Source of the DNA: the human T2T-CHM13v2.0 reference genome, Homo sapiens
NCBI RefSeq assembly: GCF_009914755.1
Contig: NC_060944.1
Length of the DNA: 64,000 nt
Direction: 5' to 3' (one strand)
The notes under the pieces were generated by a model that was not told the DNA's origin, made no database searches, and was given only the letters and a program-made list of their open reading frames with translations. The position numbers were made by a program, and so were the translations under genes. Every line of letters starts with the position of its first letter. The stretch's first letter is position 1. This document shows, one piece after another, positions 29,293-47,537 of this stretch.

Positions 29293-29480
29293 AGGTTGCT
29301 AAGTTTAGCAAATAAAAATCCAGGCTTCGGATTAAATTTGAATTTCAGATGAACAACAATATTTTAGTATATGTGTGCCCCATGCAACATTTGGTACCTA
29401 CTTACGCTAAAAAAAATTACTCATTGTTTAGTTGAAATTCAAATTTAACTGGGTATCCTGTGCTATATGCAGCGACCCTA
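29293..29480. mobile_element. MER53 palindromic hAT miniature element
   Basis: Internal inverted repeats ttaaatttgaatttcagatgaacaa / ttgtttagttgaaattcaaatttaa, with ends aggttgc and gcgacccta. Confidence 0.8.
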
Positions 29481-30886
29481 CTAGTTCGGGCCAGGTTTCT
29501 GATTCTTTGAACGCAAGAGAGTCTGAACTGAGGCCCAGTCCCATCCCCTTCAACAAGGGCACAGGAGTGCTACTCCTCCTGCCGCGCTTCACAGAACAGG
29601 GCCCCCCACTGCCCAACCACAGGGGTTAGCCTCGGCCACTCCATCAGCCTCCTTTATACCTCATTTCTCCTGCTAGCAAGGGTGCTACCCACGGCAGTGA
29701 AGAACCGTGGCCACAGCTCCTACTGGGGATGCCTACTGTGTGTGAAGGGCTAACCTGTACCCTTCCACCTCCTCCCCACAGCACGATTCTAAGAAGCAGG
29801 CAAACTACAGTCCTCATCTTATAGATAAGTAAAGCAGCTCAGAGGCTCTGTGACCCACCCAGGGTCCCACAGCTAGTAAGAGGTAGGGCTATGTTTCATA
29901 CCAAGCCCAGGTTCTAGGAATGACACTTCCAAGCCGGAGGGGATACGGAAGGAGCTGCCTCTCCACGGAAGGAGGATCCTTCCGAGGAAGCCCTGTAGCC
30001 GCCCTCTGGATAGAGGCAGGAGGCCTGGGGAGGTCTGAGTCACTGTGTGGCTAGAGAGCAGGGGTGCTGGGATCAGCAGAAAACCTAGCAGACTCTCTCC
30101 CTTAGGGATTTAAAAGGACTGGGCCCAGGGAAAGGGGAAGGACATTGGCCAAGCCATCCTCAGACAGCCTGGGGAGCAGAGGAAGCCGGCAGCTGGCGGG
30201 TCACCTGGGGGCAGGTGCCCCACCTCCTGCTTCTCACCTCCTTGGCGTTTCCCAGGCCCCTCTCCTGAAGGCCTGCTCACTCTCAACCTCTGTTTTGCTA
30301 TTTTGCTTTGTTGTTTTTTTTTTTTAAAGTTCCTTTGTTGTTACCACTTAAAACAATAAATAAATAAGGCAAACCAACAACGCAGACATCTGGAAAGCTT
30401 TGTGGAAAATGGCATCTTGTTCAGAGGACCCGCCCTCCCCGGAGTCAGAACACAAGTGCCCACGGGACTCTCAACTGGCCCCCGAATGCTCTCAGAGGAG
30501 AGGTGAGACCCCCTCACTGTTCTCCTACCAAATCCCTGTCTTCCCCTGGGGGTCATGTCCCTCCCAAAACACCACCACCTCCATCGGCATGGCTCTCAGC
30601 TCCCATTCTGCACCCTGACCAGGCTGCTGAGCCTCCCTGACTTACGCCCAGCACATCCCCGACCCTACTCCATCATTTTCCCTCCCGCTTAGGTCTTTTT
30701 CATTCTGGCAGCCATGCCCCATCTCGGACTTGTCTCATTTCTGACCCATCACAAAAGCCTCTGTGCCTCTCACTTCACCTCTTCTCCTTCCACTCCACCT
30801 GACCCTTCACCCCACCTCTGCTAAAGTATCTTCTCAGAGTACACCTCAGATCACAATACCCCTTTCCCCTGCTCAACAACCTTCTA

Positions 30887-31281
<395 letters not shown>

Positions 31282-34200
31282 TTATTTTTCCAGTGTTCCT
31301 TTTTCCTTCTTTTGGTAACTCCACCCTTGGTGGTTTTCTTGAGGGTCAGGGAATCGCACCTCCCTAACTTTGAGTCCAACTGTTTTAGGGTCTACCCACA
31401 ATGCCAGGTCCAGGAGGAGGTTGTGTGACCCAGGCTGGGCCATTGAGTGTGCAGCATTCCCCTGAACAAGGAGTTGGTTCAGGGTTGGCCACATGACCCA
31501 GGTCAGGCCAGTCACAGCCAACCCTAGGTCCTTGGCTGGAATGATGAAAGAGGGGCTCTCTCTGTGTTGGTGTCACCAGGCTGAGAAGATACAGGTCAGG
31601 AGCTGATGAGGGCCATCAAGCCACCACAAGGGGAGAGTCGAGGGGGAGCAAAGCTGTAAGATCAAGAAAGAACTGGTATTTAAAACATCTTTTAGTTCCT
31701 GCATACAGCTGTGCCTGAAGCCAGTCGACCCACACTATTTTTTTAGGTTTAAACTAGTTTGAGATGAGTTTCTGTCACTGGCAGCCAAAGGCATTGTAAT
31801 GAATATAGTCTCCAATCATGGGTTCCGACTTCCTCTTCTAGCTTTACTCTATTTTCCTACGTGCGTCAGTGCTTCTGAGAAAATGGTCTCTTGAACAGCC
31901 AGTGAAACATATCCCATATCTCAGCCTCTGTGCCTTTGGTCCTGCTGCTTCCTTGACCCGAAATACCCTCTTCTTTGTAAATACTGCTTTACAAAGCTCT
32001 AATCCTCCCTTAAGGCCTTTCTCAAGCTGGTCTCTTCCATGAGAATGTCATCACTGTCATTTTCTTACTTTCTGTCCCCATAATGCTCTCCAAGAACTTA
32101 TTGCCCTTCCTTGAATCCTGGTCATTTGTATATCTCCTTTCCCTTCTCAGAGTTAGGGACTCAGATGACAAGGAGACATTATTGTTCAGCTCTTCCTAAG
32201 CACAACACATGCACGGAACAGAAACTCAGGAAAAGCATTTTTGTGCTCATGGCCAAGCCTGGTGAAGCCTCCCAGGACTCACTCACCTGAGACCTTAATT
32301 TTGGGACAGATGTTCTGCCTGCCTGTTTCACATTCATTATCCCATCTTTTCATACCAGTACCCCAATTTTCCTTTGAAGGACCACTCCATCTCCATCCTC
32401 ATTTTTTTTCCATCACCCTTTCCTGGTATCCATCCTCATTCTTAAGACTTAGGTAGAGCCCTTCCCTCCCTCTCTCTGACTCCACAGATGCCATGTGACC
32501 CAGACCTGGCCAACCAGGGCACTGCACACTCCTAACCCCAGTGATTGTCTCAGGTTTGGACATGTGATCAATGCCAGAGATTCAAACATAGAACTTTTGC
32601 TGGAACCATTGAGAAGGGGACACTCTGTTGAATGGGATCAGAAAACTAGGGGGATGTGAGCCTGGGCTGCTGGAGCCACCAGGAAAAGAAGTTCTGCCTG
32701 AGGAAAAAAAAAAAAAAAGCAAACATAAAGCAAAACAGAGCCAGGACCTAGAGGCAGATGCTTCATATCATTTGCATCCTAGATCCAGCCATGTCTGAAG
32801 CCAGTCCTACTCTGTACTTTTAGATACATGAGTGAATAATTCCTAACGGATTGGGCTTCTGTCACCTGCAACCATGAGTCTCAACCGATACAAGGTCCAA
32901 GTCTTTATCCCCATCCTTATTCCTAATCCAGAGCACATCAGGTGGTCTTTAGTTAGTGATCAGCTGACTAAGGGCAGGACTTATTCTCTGCCTTGTCACT
33001 GATCCTTTTCCCTCCACTGCACACCCCAACTCTTACTCTAGCTAAGACCTACCCATTCTTCCAGTCTCAGCTTAACTGTTACTCCCGGAAAGACCTTTCC
33101 TGACACTCCCAGAAAAAAATTGGTCTCCCCCTAACACCTGAGCCTCAAAACACCCCAGGTTTTCTTTCTCACAGTTGATGATTCCATAATTGTTGGAGAA
33201 ATTAAGTTTTCTATATCTGTATCTCCCAAACCTGCAAACTTCACCAGCCATACATAGTCTCATTTGCTTCTACATTTTCAGGGCCCAGCGCAGAGCCTGA
33301 CATAGTAGGTGCTCAGTAAATGGCTACTGAATTAATAAATGTACTGACACAACTCAGGAATCAAAGAATATGTCTCCCAGGTTTCTCAACTTGAATAAAG
33401 ATGGTGGAACCATGTCTCTTACTACTACCTGGTCCATTGATGGAGGGTTCCAGGAGAACCAGCCGTGGGAGGGCTTGAAGAGAAATTGCCTCTTTGTGCC
33501 ACTCCACAGAGGTATTAGCATATTGAACTTGATCAGAAAGTCCAACACAACTTGCGATTCATTACTGGAGACCTTAGCCACGCCCTGAAGCAAATGTCAA
33601 ATTTCACACATTTAATGAACTCCATACTTGAAATATGTGGCCTGTAAAATCTGATTTACACTGCTGTTAAAATCCTCAGTGCCTAAAAAGGAATGTGAAA
33701 AGTATGTATTTGTGCTAAGAGAAGGGGCTTTTTTTTCCCAAGACATTAATTCACTCCAAGGCATATAAACGTTCCCTAAAGCATCATTTCAATTGCAATA
33801 TTTCTTTCAGCACCTCAAATTTAGTTACCAACTTTTAAGAAGAGGGGCTGTGTTAGGTTACACACGAATGGAAAAGTGCCACCATGTAATTGTCAATTCT
33901 CTGGAAGGTAAGCTGAGTTGACAGCTGAGCTGGGGACAGCCCCGAAGCAGGCAGAGCACAGCTTACCTGGCACTATAATTAAGACCTGCCTTAAGTCAAC
34001 ACCGACGCGGCCACGGTGCCTGGCAAGATGAATTTCTTTTTTCAATTCAGCCACAACCTTATTTATTTATTGGATGCTAACACCTGGTATTTCTTTCGTC
34101 TGGAAGTTCGCGGCTTGCTTTGGCACGTTTTAGGTTCAGTACCGCGGGGTGGCTGAGCTACCTGACGGGGTGACAGGAGGCCTCCCTCTGAGGTGGATCC

Positions 34201-36306
34201 ATGGAGCAGAGGCAGCACAAACCAACTTCCAAGGACATAGTCTAGACCGAAAAGGACACCCTGACCCTCGTTTTCAAGCTTTACTGGCTAGGAGAATTCC
34301 GTCCACAGAAGCTGCTATCCTTGAGAGCGCAAAGCATAGCCGATCGTGAGTGCTCGGCACACGGTCATCCCATCCCGGCTTGCTTCCGGAAAACTAGAGC
34401 TTGACTCTGATTGGCCTTTATCCATTTCCTTCACACCAGTGATTGATCTAGGGGTGGGCGTGTATCCAGTGCTGACCAATGAGATGTGAGAGAATTTCCA
34501 GGAAACTCTTTCAAAGCTGATCAAAAGAGACGGCCTAGAAGAGAGCGTCCTCGTTTTTCTAAAGTTCCACTGGAGATGCTGAGAGTTACCCTGGTGTGGA
34601 ACTCAGTGCCTTCATTGGACAAAGTAAAAACTGAAGCTTATAGAGAAGTGATAGTCTTGACCACAGCGAGTCCAGTGGCAACGCCAACATTATTACTGTA
34701 GTGGACATGTGTTACTCTTTGACCACCAAGCATCTAAGTCACCCTTTCTCCTGGGGAAAGCAAAAACAATCTCTCTGGGGAATTACTTCCTCCCCATGGC
34801 AGGCAGTCTTGGAGGAACTGTCAATCAAAATACCCTGCCATGTAACCCAAACTTGGCCCATCAGATTCTCACACGAGGATGTTGACCCTTGAGTGATGCA
34901 AGATGGGAGTGATGTGGTGGGGGTGGCGGGATAAGAAACCTGCAGGTGATAAAACAGGCTGAGGGACCTGGTTGCACGGCATATTAGCTCCTGCTACCTC
35001 CCATTTCCGGCATGCCCTCATTCTTGTTCATAGACAAAGCTCCAGTCTGTGAGCCACTCCACATCCTGGCAATAAATTTCCCCTCCCCGTTTCTTGGCTG
35101 AACTTTGCCAGTTCTAATTTTTGTTGTGTGCAACCACAGAACTGTAACCGATACGGAACAATAAGTTGATTGTGACCATGCCGGGCATATCACATACATC
35201 ACATTTATTTTTCTTTCACAATATCACTTATGGAGTGGGCACACATGCACACAGACATGTACCCATTTTACAGATGAAAAATCTCAGGGTCAGACTGCAA
35301 CATTTGCCCAGCATTTCATAGTTAATAAACTGCCAACCCTGGAATTTAACTGTATCTTGTTTTGCTTATCTGTGAGATGAGTTTAACTCCACTTAGCCTG
35401 CAAGGTTAGAGTGAGGATACAAGAAAATACAGGTCCAAGTGCCTGGTACACACTCTCATTTGGAACTTCCATGGCTCTCAGAAGTGTCTTTTTTGAGAGG
35501 CTTTTCCTAGGCCCATGAGAGATTCTTTGAGGAGTTCAAAGAGCTTTCTCATCCCTGAACTTGGAGAAAGAAACCAGTCGTACTTGGGGTAACAATGTGG
35601 TCTGGAGTATGAACCATATCCTTGATGTCTCTGGCTATGGGAATCCATGATCCCGGGATCTGGAGTCTCTCAACATGACATATAGTAGGCCCGCTCTGCA
35701 CACTTATCTCCAAAGGTCAGAGGGTAGCTTGCTGCCTGGCATGGTGGGGACAGACTCAGGGTACATAGAAGCCTTCCTACTAGGCAACAATACCCATTTC
35801 CTGCCACTCTTCAGCACTGGCTGCCATTGCTCTTCTTCCTGTTCCTGAAAACTCTGAACGCTTCCTGCCACAGGGCAATTTGCACATGGTATTTTCTCTG
35901 CCTGCAACACTGCTCCTTGCGTCTATGAATCCTGGATCCTCTCACCTTTCAGATTTCAGCTCAAAAGCCAACTCCTCAAGGAGGCTCTCCCTGACCACCA
36001 AGTCTAAAAATAGCCTCCCATACCCTCCCCACTCCCAACCCCCAACCTCTATCCCGATTGGTCTCCCAGATGGCATCCTGACTTAACTTTATGATAATAT
36101 TCATCACTGTGCAATGAATTACCATATTTGTTTATTCATTTATTCATTTCACGTCTATTGAACACTCACCATAGGCCATCTTTTTCTAGGCATTCAGAAT
36201 AGCAAATGAGTCAAAGTCCCTGTCCTCACAGAACTCACATTTTAGTGACCAAGACTGAGGCTAAGCGCCTGAGGACAAGTAGAGCAAGCAAGGGGCTAGG
36301 AAGTGA

Positions 36307-36616
<310 letters not shown>

Positions 36617-37299
36617 GAAAACCTCTTTAAGAAGGGACAACTAAACGACGACCTGAAGGAGGCCTGTTTATTTCTCCACTGCCTAATATAGACACTCCAC
36701 TCAGTAAGAAAGCAGGACCCATGAACATCTAGATCATCACATCCCCAGTGCCTGGAAGCTGCCTAGCATCCAGTAGGTGCTCAATAAATATGCATGCAAT
36801 GGCTGTCTACTGGTGCTTCCAGACAGTGCTGGGCTCCTCCCGTCCCCCGGGGTGACGACATCTCCACAGTGACTCATGGTTCGAGGCCTCTACCTCATTC
36901 TGAGGTTGGCTCTGCTCTTAATTAGAAGGTGGGAACAGCCACAATGACAGCAGCTAGGGAATGTGGCAATTCCCTGGGAAGTGCTATGTCAGGGATGGAG
37001 GTGAGGATGGCCCTTGGGAATGATGGGATTCAGATAAATGGAGCATTAATTTGGAAATCTGCCTTGGCATTTTTCAACCTCCTGTGACATGCCATAAAAG
37101 AATGCAGCTTGCTGGAGAGAAGGGAGGCTGTTGCTTTCACCAGGAGGCTTGAAGTTGAATTAGATTATAGCTTAAAAGAGGCAGCTGCCTCTAAGTCTGT
37201 GGACCTGAGCACCAATCCTGGCTCCATCTCTTACAAATTGTGTGACTTTGAACAAGTCACCACAGCTCTTAAATCCTCATCTATAGAAAAGACAATGAA

Positions 37300-38580
<1,281 letters not shown>

Positions 38581-38810
38581 TTTTTTTAAAACAAAAAGAC
38601 AACAGGAGAAGAAAAACTAAGAGATTCAGGGAAAATTAAGATGAATGAAATAAGGAATGCAAAAAAAGAAAGGAATAAAATAAAAAGAAATAATGTGTCT
38701 GGCCAGAGAGTGCCTAGTGAGATCACAGCTACTGCTCTCACAAGAGGGCGAGTTCACGTCTCCTACCTGTTCACTCACCTCTGGCACCCATTTAACTTTA
38801 AGTGTATGGT

Positions 38811-39152
<342 letters not shown>

Positions 39153-39826
39153 TTAGAATCCCACGTCTTTCCCCTGTCTAGTGTAGAAACTGCTGTTTGC
39201 CCACCTTCTTTTCCCCTCCTGCCTCAGAAACAAAACCTTGCTTTTTGTCAGTATTCTTGTTAAACAGCTACATTTCCCAGCCTCTTTGCAAGCCAGGTGT
39301 GGTCATGTGGTCATTTGCCCAAGATGTCAGCACAAGCAATGTGTGGGAACTCTGGGAAGTCTCCCTCAAAGGACAGGGCTCCCTCTCTTTGCTCCTTCCT
39401 ACTGGCCGGACTTCAGGCATGAAGGCGGGACCTCCAGCAGCCACCCTGGATAAGGAGGATAAGGGCAGCAGCCTTAGGATGGGCCAGTGCAGAGCTGAAG
39501 AAGCCTTGGTTTCCCAGTGACAATCCAGGCCAGCATACCTCTCCTGAACCTCCTAACCCCAGCCTCCTCTGATGTGAGACAGAAAGCACTTTATATCTTA
39601 TTTAAACTAGGTCGTTTGAGAGTTTTCTGCTATAACAGATGTTTTTTCTCACAGATACATCCTCTGTCAAAATTCAACCACAAAATTCAATCATTTTAGG
39701 TGCTATGTGGGCCTGGGTCAACCTCACCCTCTCTCGGTGTTGTTTTTCTCATCTACAAAATGGAGATAATGACACCTGCCTCACGAAATTGTGAGGTCTA
39801 GGTGGGAAAGTACTTTGCAGGTGTAA

Positions 39827-40865
<1,039 letters not shown>

Positions 40866-41126
40866 GTTTAAAATAATAAATTGTATGCTATGTATATTTT
40901 ACCAGAATTATTTTAAAAACCAACTCAAATGTCACAAAGGTTTACTGAGCCCTAACCATGGGCCAGACGCCTGGCTTGCTAAGGATAAGCCAGTTCCTCT
41001 CAAGCTGCACCTCTGGATCCTATGAGCAGAAGCCAATAGTGAAGCCCCGCCGCCGCCCATCCACATGGGCACCAGCCACCTCCTCCCCCTCAATTATCTC
41101 ATGCCTTGTGTGTTTTTTTTTTTTTT

Positions 41127-41257
41127 AATTGAATTTTAAGTTCTGGGATACATGTGCAGGACGTGCAAGTTTGTTTCATAAGTAAACGTGTGCCATGGTG
41201 GTTTGCTGCACCTATCAACCAATCACCTAGGTATTAAGCCCCGCATACCTTAGCTAT
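41127..41257 (-). mobile_element. L1PA 3' end fragment inserted in a T-run of the left inverted-repeat arm
   Basis: ttaagttctgggatacatgtgcaggacgtgcaagtttg...cacctaggtattaagccccgcatacc. Confidence 0.88.
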
Positions 41258-41581
41258 ATTTTTTTAACACAAGTAAATTCTGCTTTCTATTATATTAATA
41301 AGTTTGTTTTAATGTAAAAAGAGAAGTTTTTAATGATTGGCCAATTCTATGACTTTCATTCTCCCTTCCAGATCCCTGAGGAAATGGATTCTTGAGGAGT
41401 CCCTTTGCCTTCTCCTTTGTCTGTATGTCCCCTGCCCCATGACAGGTACATTCTCCAGTCAGGGATGCCCAGGCCAGCCCAGCATACTGGAGGCAGGTTC
41501 ACCTCCAACTGAGAACCACGGCTGGGGCCACAGGACCCTGGGCAAGTTTGCAAATCCATGAAAGGTGCACAGAGAGATTCA

Positions 41582-42079
<498 letters not shown>

Positions 42080-43601
42080 CTACTGTTTCTATATCTGCAC
42101 TGCTTCCAATGCCATCAGCCTCACGGCTGATCCTCACAAATGGGGTTCCTGCTCCCAAAAACAGGCAAGGAATGGGAGGTCAGAATTTAAGGAATTGGCC
42201 CCATCTCACTCACCAGTAAGTGGGGAAACTGGTGTTCAAACCAAGTCTGTGTCCGTCCCAGCTAGGTCCAGGCCACATTGTCCCCAACTCCAGCACAGCC
42301 CCCTGAAATGGCTCTGATTCATTTCCACTCCCAACCCGCTCAGGGCCCAGAAGAAAGGTAGTGCTTTCTCTTGGGGTCTTCCCCAAGCGTGAGCAGACCA
42401 TTTTAGAGCAAAAGCCTCCACGTCTGCATAAGCCTGGCTCTCAGATTTTTTCTGGCCTGATTTTCACTAATTCTGTTGGTGATGAGCTGCCTAATAAAAT
42501 TATGCTAAGTTATGTGCATAAAGAGTAGCATCTTAAACTCTAATTATTGGCCACATCTTTGAAGAATTCCTGTGCAATTTCCAGGGTAATCAACTCACCT
42601 CTTTCTTTCGGCCTGATTAGCTGTTTGGGCCAATTTAAGCCCCCACCCCCAGCCCCACTCGAATCAACGGGGTTCTGGATGTCATTAGCTACTCCAATTG
42701 CCTTTTTAAAAATCTGTTTCATATAAAAGGACAAATGAGAATGAATATTTGGCCATCTTTAAGACACTAACTACATTCTTTTCCACAGCCTGTTCTCGTT
42801 TATTCTTTCTTTCTTCCGGAGGAATTTGAACACAGCCTGGGCTCCCGCAGTTCATGACTGCAAAAGGCTTCGCCTTCGAAATCTGACCCAAGTGGGCATA
42901 TTCGGGAAATGTGGCAGCTTCGAAGAACATGAGCCAGTTAAGTTTTCTCTACCTATTCTTCCTCCGCACTCACCTCCCAGTTCTAGGCAGCTGGTTTATG
43001 CAGCCTGCTTTCCAGGACTGTCGAAGGAAAAGGCACCTCTGCCAAAAGCACCCCAGGCTACAGGGCTGAACAGAGACCCATCGTATCATTCGCTGGAAAA
43101 GCAAGAGGAAACTTCATCCAAGGACTGGCTTCTTCTCTCCTTTATTTACTAGTGTGGTTATGTCAATAAAGTCATGCAGAACCACTGGGCATGGGAGTGG
43201 GTTGGTTCCAATGGAAAGGGTTGCACCTGAGCCTCCTCGGACATAGACGCAGAAATGAGAACAGGTGGGAAAGGGTCGGTGAGGCGGGGTAGAAGAGAAG
43301 GAGTGAAAGGGGCCCTCGAACATGGTTCAGTGTAGAGGGCTAACTTTAATAATGCTTGCTCGTTCTGCAACGGACTCTTTAGTCCGAATGCCAAGGTCTG
43401 CAGGCCCTCCCTATCTCCCTGACCTCACCTCCTCCATGCCCCACCCCCTCGGTCTCAGCACTCCAGCCCTGTGCCCCTCCGACATGCCCAGCCTTTCCTA
43501 CCCCGGGGCCTTTGCACACACTGCAACCACAATGTCACTTCCCCAGATCTCTCTGAATGACGCTCTGCCTTTGCAAACTTGCCCAGGGTCCTGTGGCCTT
43601 A

Positions 43602-44096
<495 letters not shown>

Positions 44097-46338
44097 TTAC
44101 ATTAAATCCACTAATGGAATAGAAAGCAGAATTTCCTTGAGATTAAAAAAAAAAAACCCCACAAGGCATGAGAAAATTGAGGGGGACGGTGTGGCTGGCA
44201 CCCACATGGATAGGTTGGGGGGCATCACTACCAGCTTCTGCTCTTACAGGGTCCAGAGGTGCACAGCACCCTCCTTCTCATCCTGCAGCCCTCTGCTCCA
44301 GTGGGCCCATCTCTGACTCCCAGCACTTTCCCCACCTTTATTCCTACCTGGTTGTCATCCTCTGCCTAACCCTTAGGCTGCTTTATCTTAGGAAGCTTTC
44401 TCTCCACCTGATGTTAGTCTTAATCTGTTTATTGTCTTTCACACACATACACACACACACACACAGAGTGTAATCACTATGAGGGCAGACACTACGCTTG
44501 TCTGGTTCCCTGCCACGCCTCCAGCCCCAAGAACAGTGCCTAACACATAGGAAGTGCTCAGCAAATATTTGATCAATGAAGGAATAAAAATGTCAGCATA
44601 TTCTGCACATCTCCTACCCATCCCCCAACACTTTTTCCATTCCTTCTGGACTCTGCAATCTTTCTCAAAGGAAATAAAAAATAGTCCTGGGCTTATCTGG
44701 ACCTGATCTGATCAAAGAAAAAAAATGTATTTCTTTTAAATCTCTTGAAAACAAACACCACAGGCTTAGAACACCAAGTTCTTAATGTAAGCAAACAGAA
44801 CCTGCTGGCTGAATTCTAAGAAATGAGCCCTGGCTTGGTATCAAGCATAGGTTGTGGGGCCGATGACTTCACATGTGACTCAGTTACCCCAAATTTCAGG
44901 GGGAATCCATTTCAAAATCAAAACGTCAACATGGAAAGTGGAGGGTGGCTTTGTTTGGGCATTCCTGCAAGAAGGCAGGCTTTCTGAAAAGATGCTATGT
45001 TATAGATAACTCATCCACAAAAGGGGGGCAGGAGGGATGGGGAGAAACCCCAGGATTGGGTGTATTTCTCGGCTAAGGCTTTGGATGCAAACTGATCCGG
45101 GAATGCGTGATCCTCCAAAAATCCACCAGCCCCCAAAGTGCTTGAGTTACCCCTCCGACCACAGCCACATGGAAAATGAAATTAAATCCCACGGAAAGAT
45201 TTGACTTTTTTAACATTATGCAATGTTTGGGTGAAAAAAGGGGGGTGGGGAGAGGGAGATCAGAAAAAAATTCATCTTTTTCCCAGAGTTTAGCAGAGCT
45301 ATTTCTAGCTTTTAATGATACATTTCACCATCACTTCATGGGTAGTTTTGAGAGGCGCGAAGGCGGGACCGGTTCTGTTATGTAACCCATTTAAAGTAGG
45401 AAATTAGCAAGTCCTGAATGAATTCTGTCACTGTGCTCCCACTTCTGGAAAATTTGGAGCGACTACAGTTCTATTTTGAGGTGAGCAAATCCATCATTTA
45501 TAGACCTCCTCACAAATACCACAGGGCTTCATGTCACCCTGAAAAGTTTCATAACAAAAACACTAAAAGTACTTGGGGTGTTGGTACATTTCGTCTCAAA
45601 ACCTTATTAGACTGAACAGTGAATTGGCAAAGCTTCCTACTTGCCAATTATTCAAAAATGCAAATATCCAAGAGCAAATAAATATTCATCTCTCACCCTC
45701 CCTGCCTTTTTTTTTTCCTTTTTTTTTTTTTTAACTAAGTCCAGCAAAATATTCTGGTCAACAACATGAAAAGAAATGTCTGTTTTTCACGGAGCCTCTG
45801 GCCATGAAATAAATTCTGAAGCTATGAAAGCACAGTCTTGAAACTCAGGGCAGTTGGGCACGTGGGGTCCGGCTGGTTGTGGAAAACAGGAAACAGCAAT
45901 GTCTTTCAGTCCTCAAGTTCCCCCTAGCGGCTCCGGCGGAGGAGTGTCCGCACATGGACGGAAGTTCACTGCAGGCAAATGCAGAGGCTTAAGGTCGTGC
46001 AGGGATAGCACACGTTTAAGGGAAAGCATGGTCGGTCCCTACCTTTGAAACCACATACCTTCCTTTTGCTGCTGTCATGAGATAACACAACTAAGTTACA
46101 ATTATCTTTCTAATCTATATACTGAGGATGGCCCTTTCCATTGAGAACCAAAAAGAGAGAACCAGCAGCTCACACTGCAGACAGCCACTAATTACACCAT
46201 TTGGTATAGTATTTGGTATAGTAGGCGGAGGCATAACTTGCTTCCTGAGACACACGAGCTTATACCTCCGGGCCCTTTTACAAATACAGACAGACAAATG
46301 GTACAGCTGACACGTGCCAATTAAATTAGGGTTTCTCT

Positions 46339-47128
<790 letters not shown>

Positions 47129-47531
47129 TTAAAAATTTTTTCTGCCTAAAACTTAACTGACTGTTCCTATATGTTCCATCCCTCGATAAAAAAAAAAAAA
47201 AAAGATTCCAGTCATCGAGGACCGTGTATAGAAATACAATATGAAGCTTATGGTTTTCATCTTATTTTCCATTTATATCTATCACCTTTTGAAATTCTGA
47301 CACGTCTGGGATGGACAATAGTACAAAATAATAAATAACATGCATTGATTTGGGGTTTTTTTTGCCAAAATCAAAATAATTTTCTGAACTGGAAAGAGTT
47401 TTCTTTACATTTCATGTACCATGAAATAAAGAAAAAATAGGAGCGTTATAATAAAAAGTCCTCATTTTGATACCAGAATTCATGTTTCTGTACAAATTAA
47501 AATAATCCCCCAAGGCAGAACGTACACAAGC

Positions 47532-47537
47532 TTTATT
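47532..47537 (-). terminator. ATP9A: Polyadenylation signal AATAAA of ATP9A
   Basis: The minus strand reads gttgcccAATAAAgcttgtgtacgttctgccttgggggattattttaatttg, a canonical hexamer followed by G/U-rich downstream sequence. Confidence 0.8.

Noticed and set aside
29293-29480. Long hairpin resembling a pre-miRNA
   Set aside because: Explained by the palindromic MER53 element. There is no evidence of processing.
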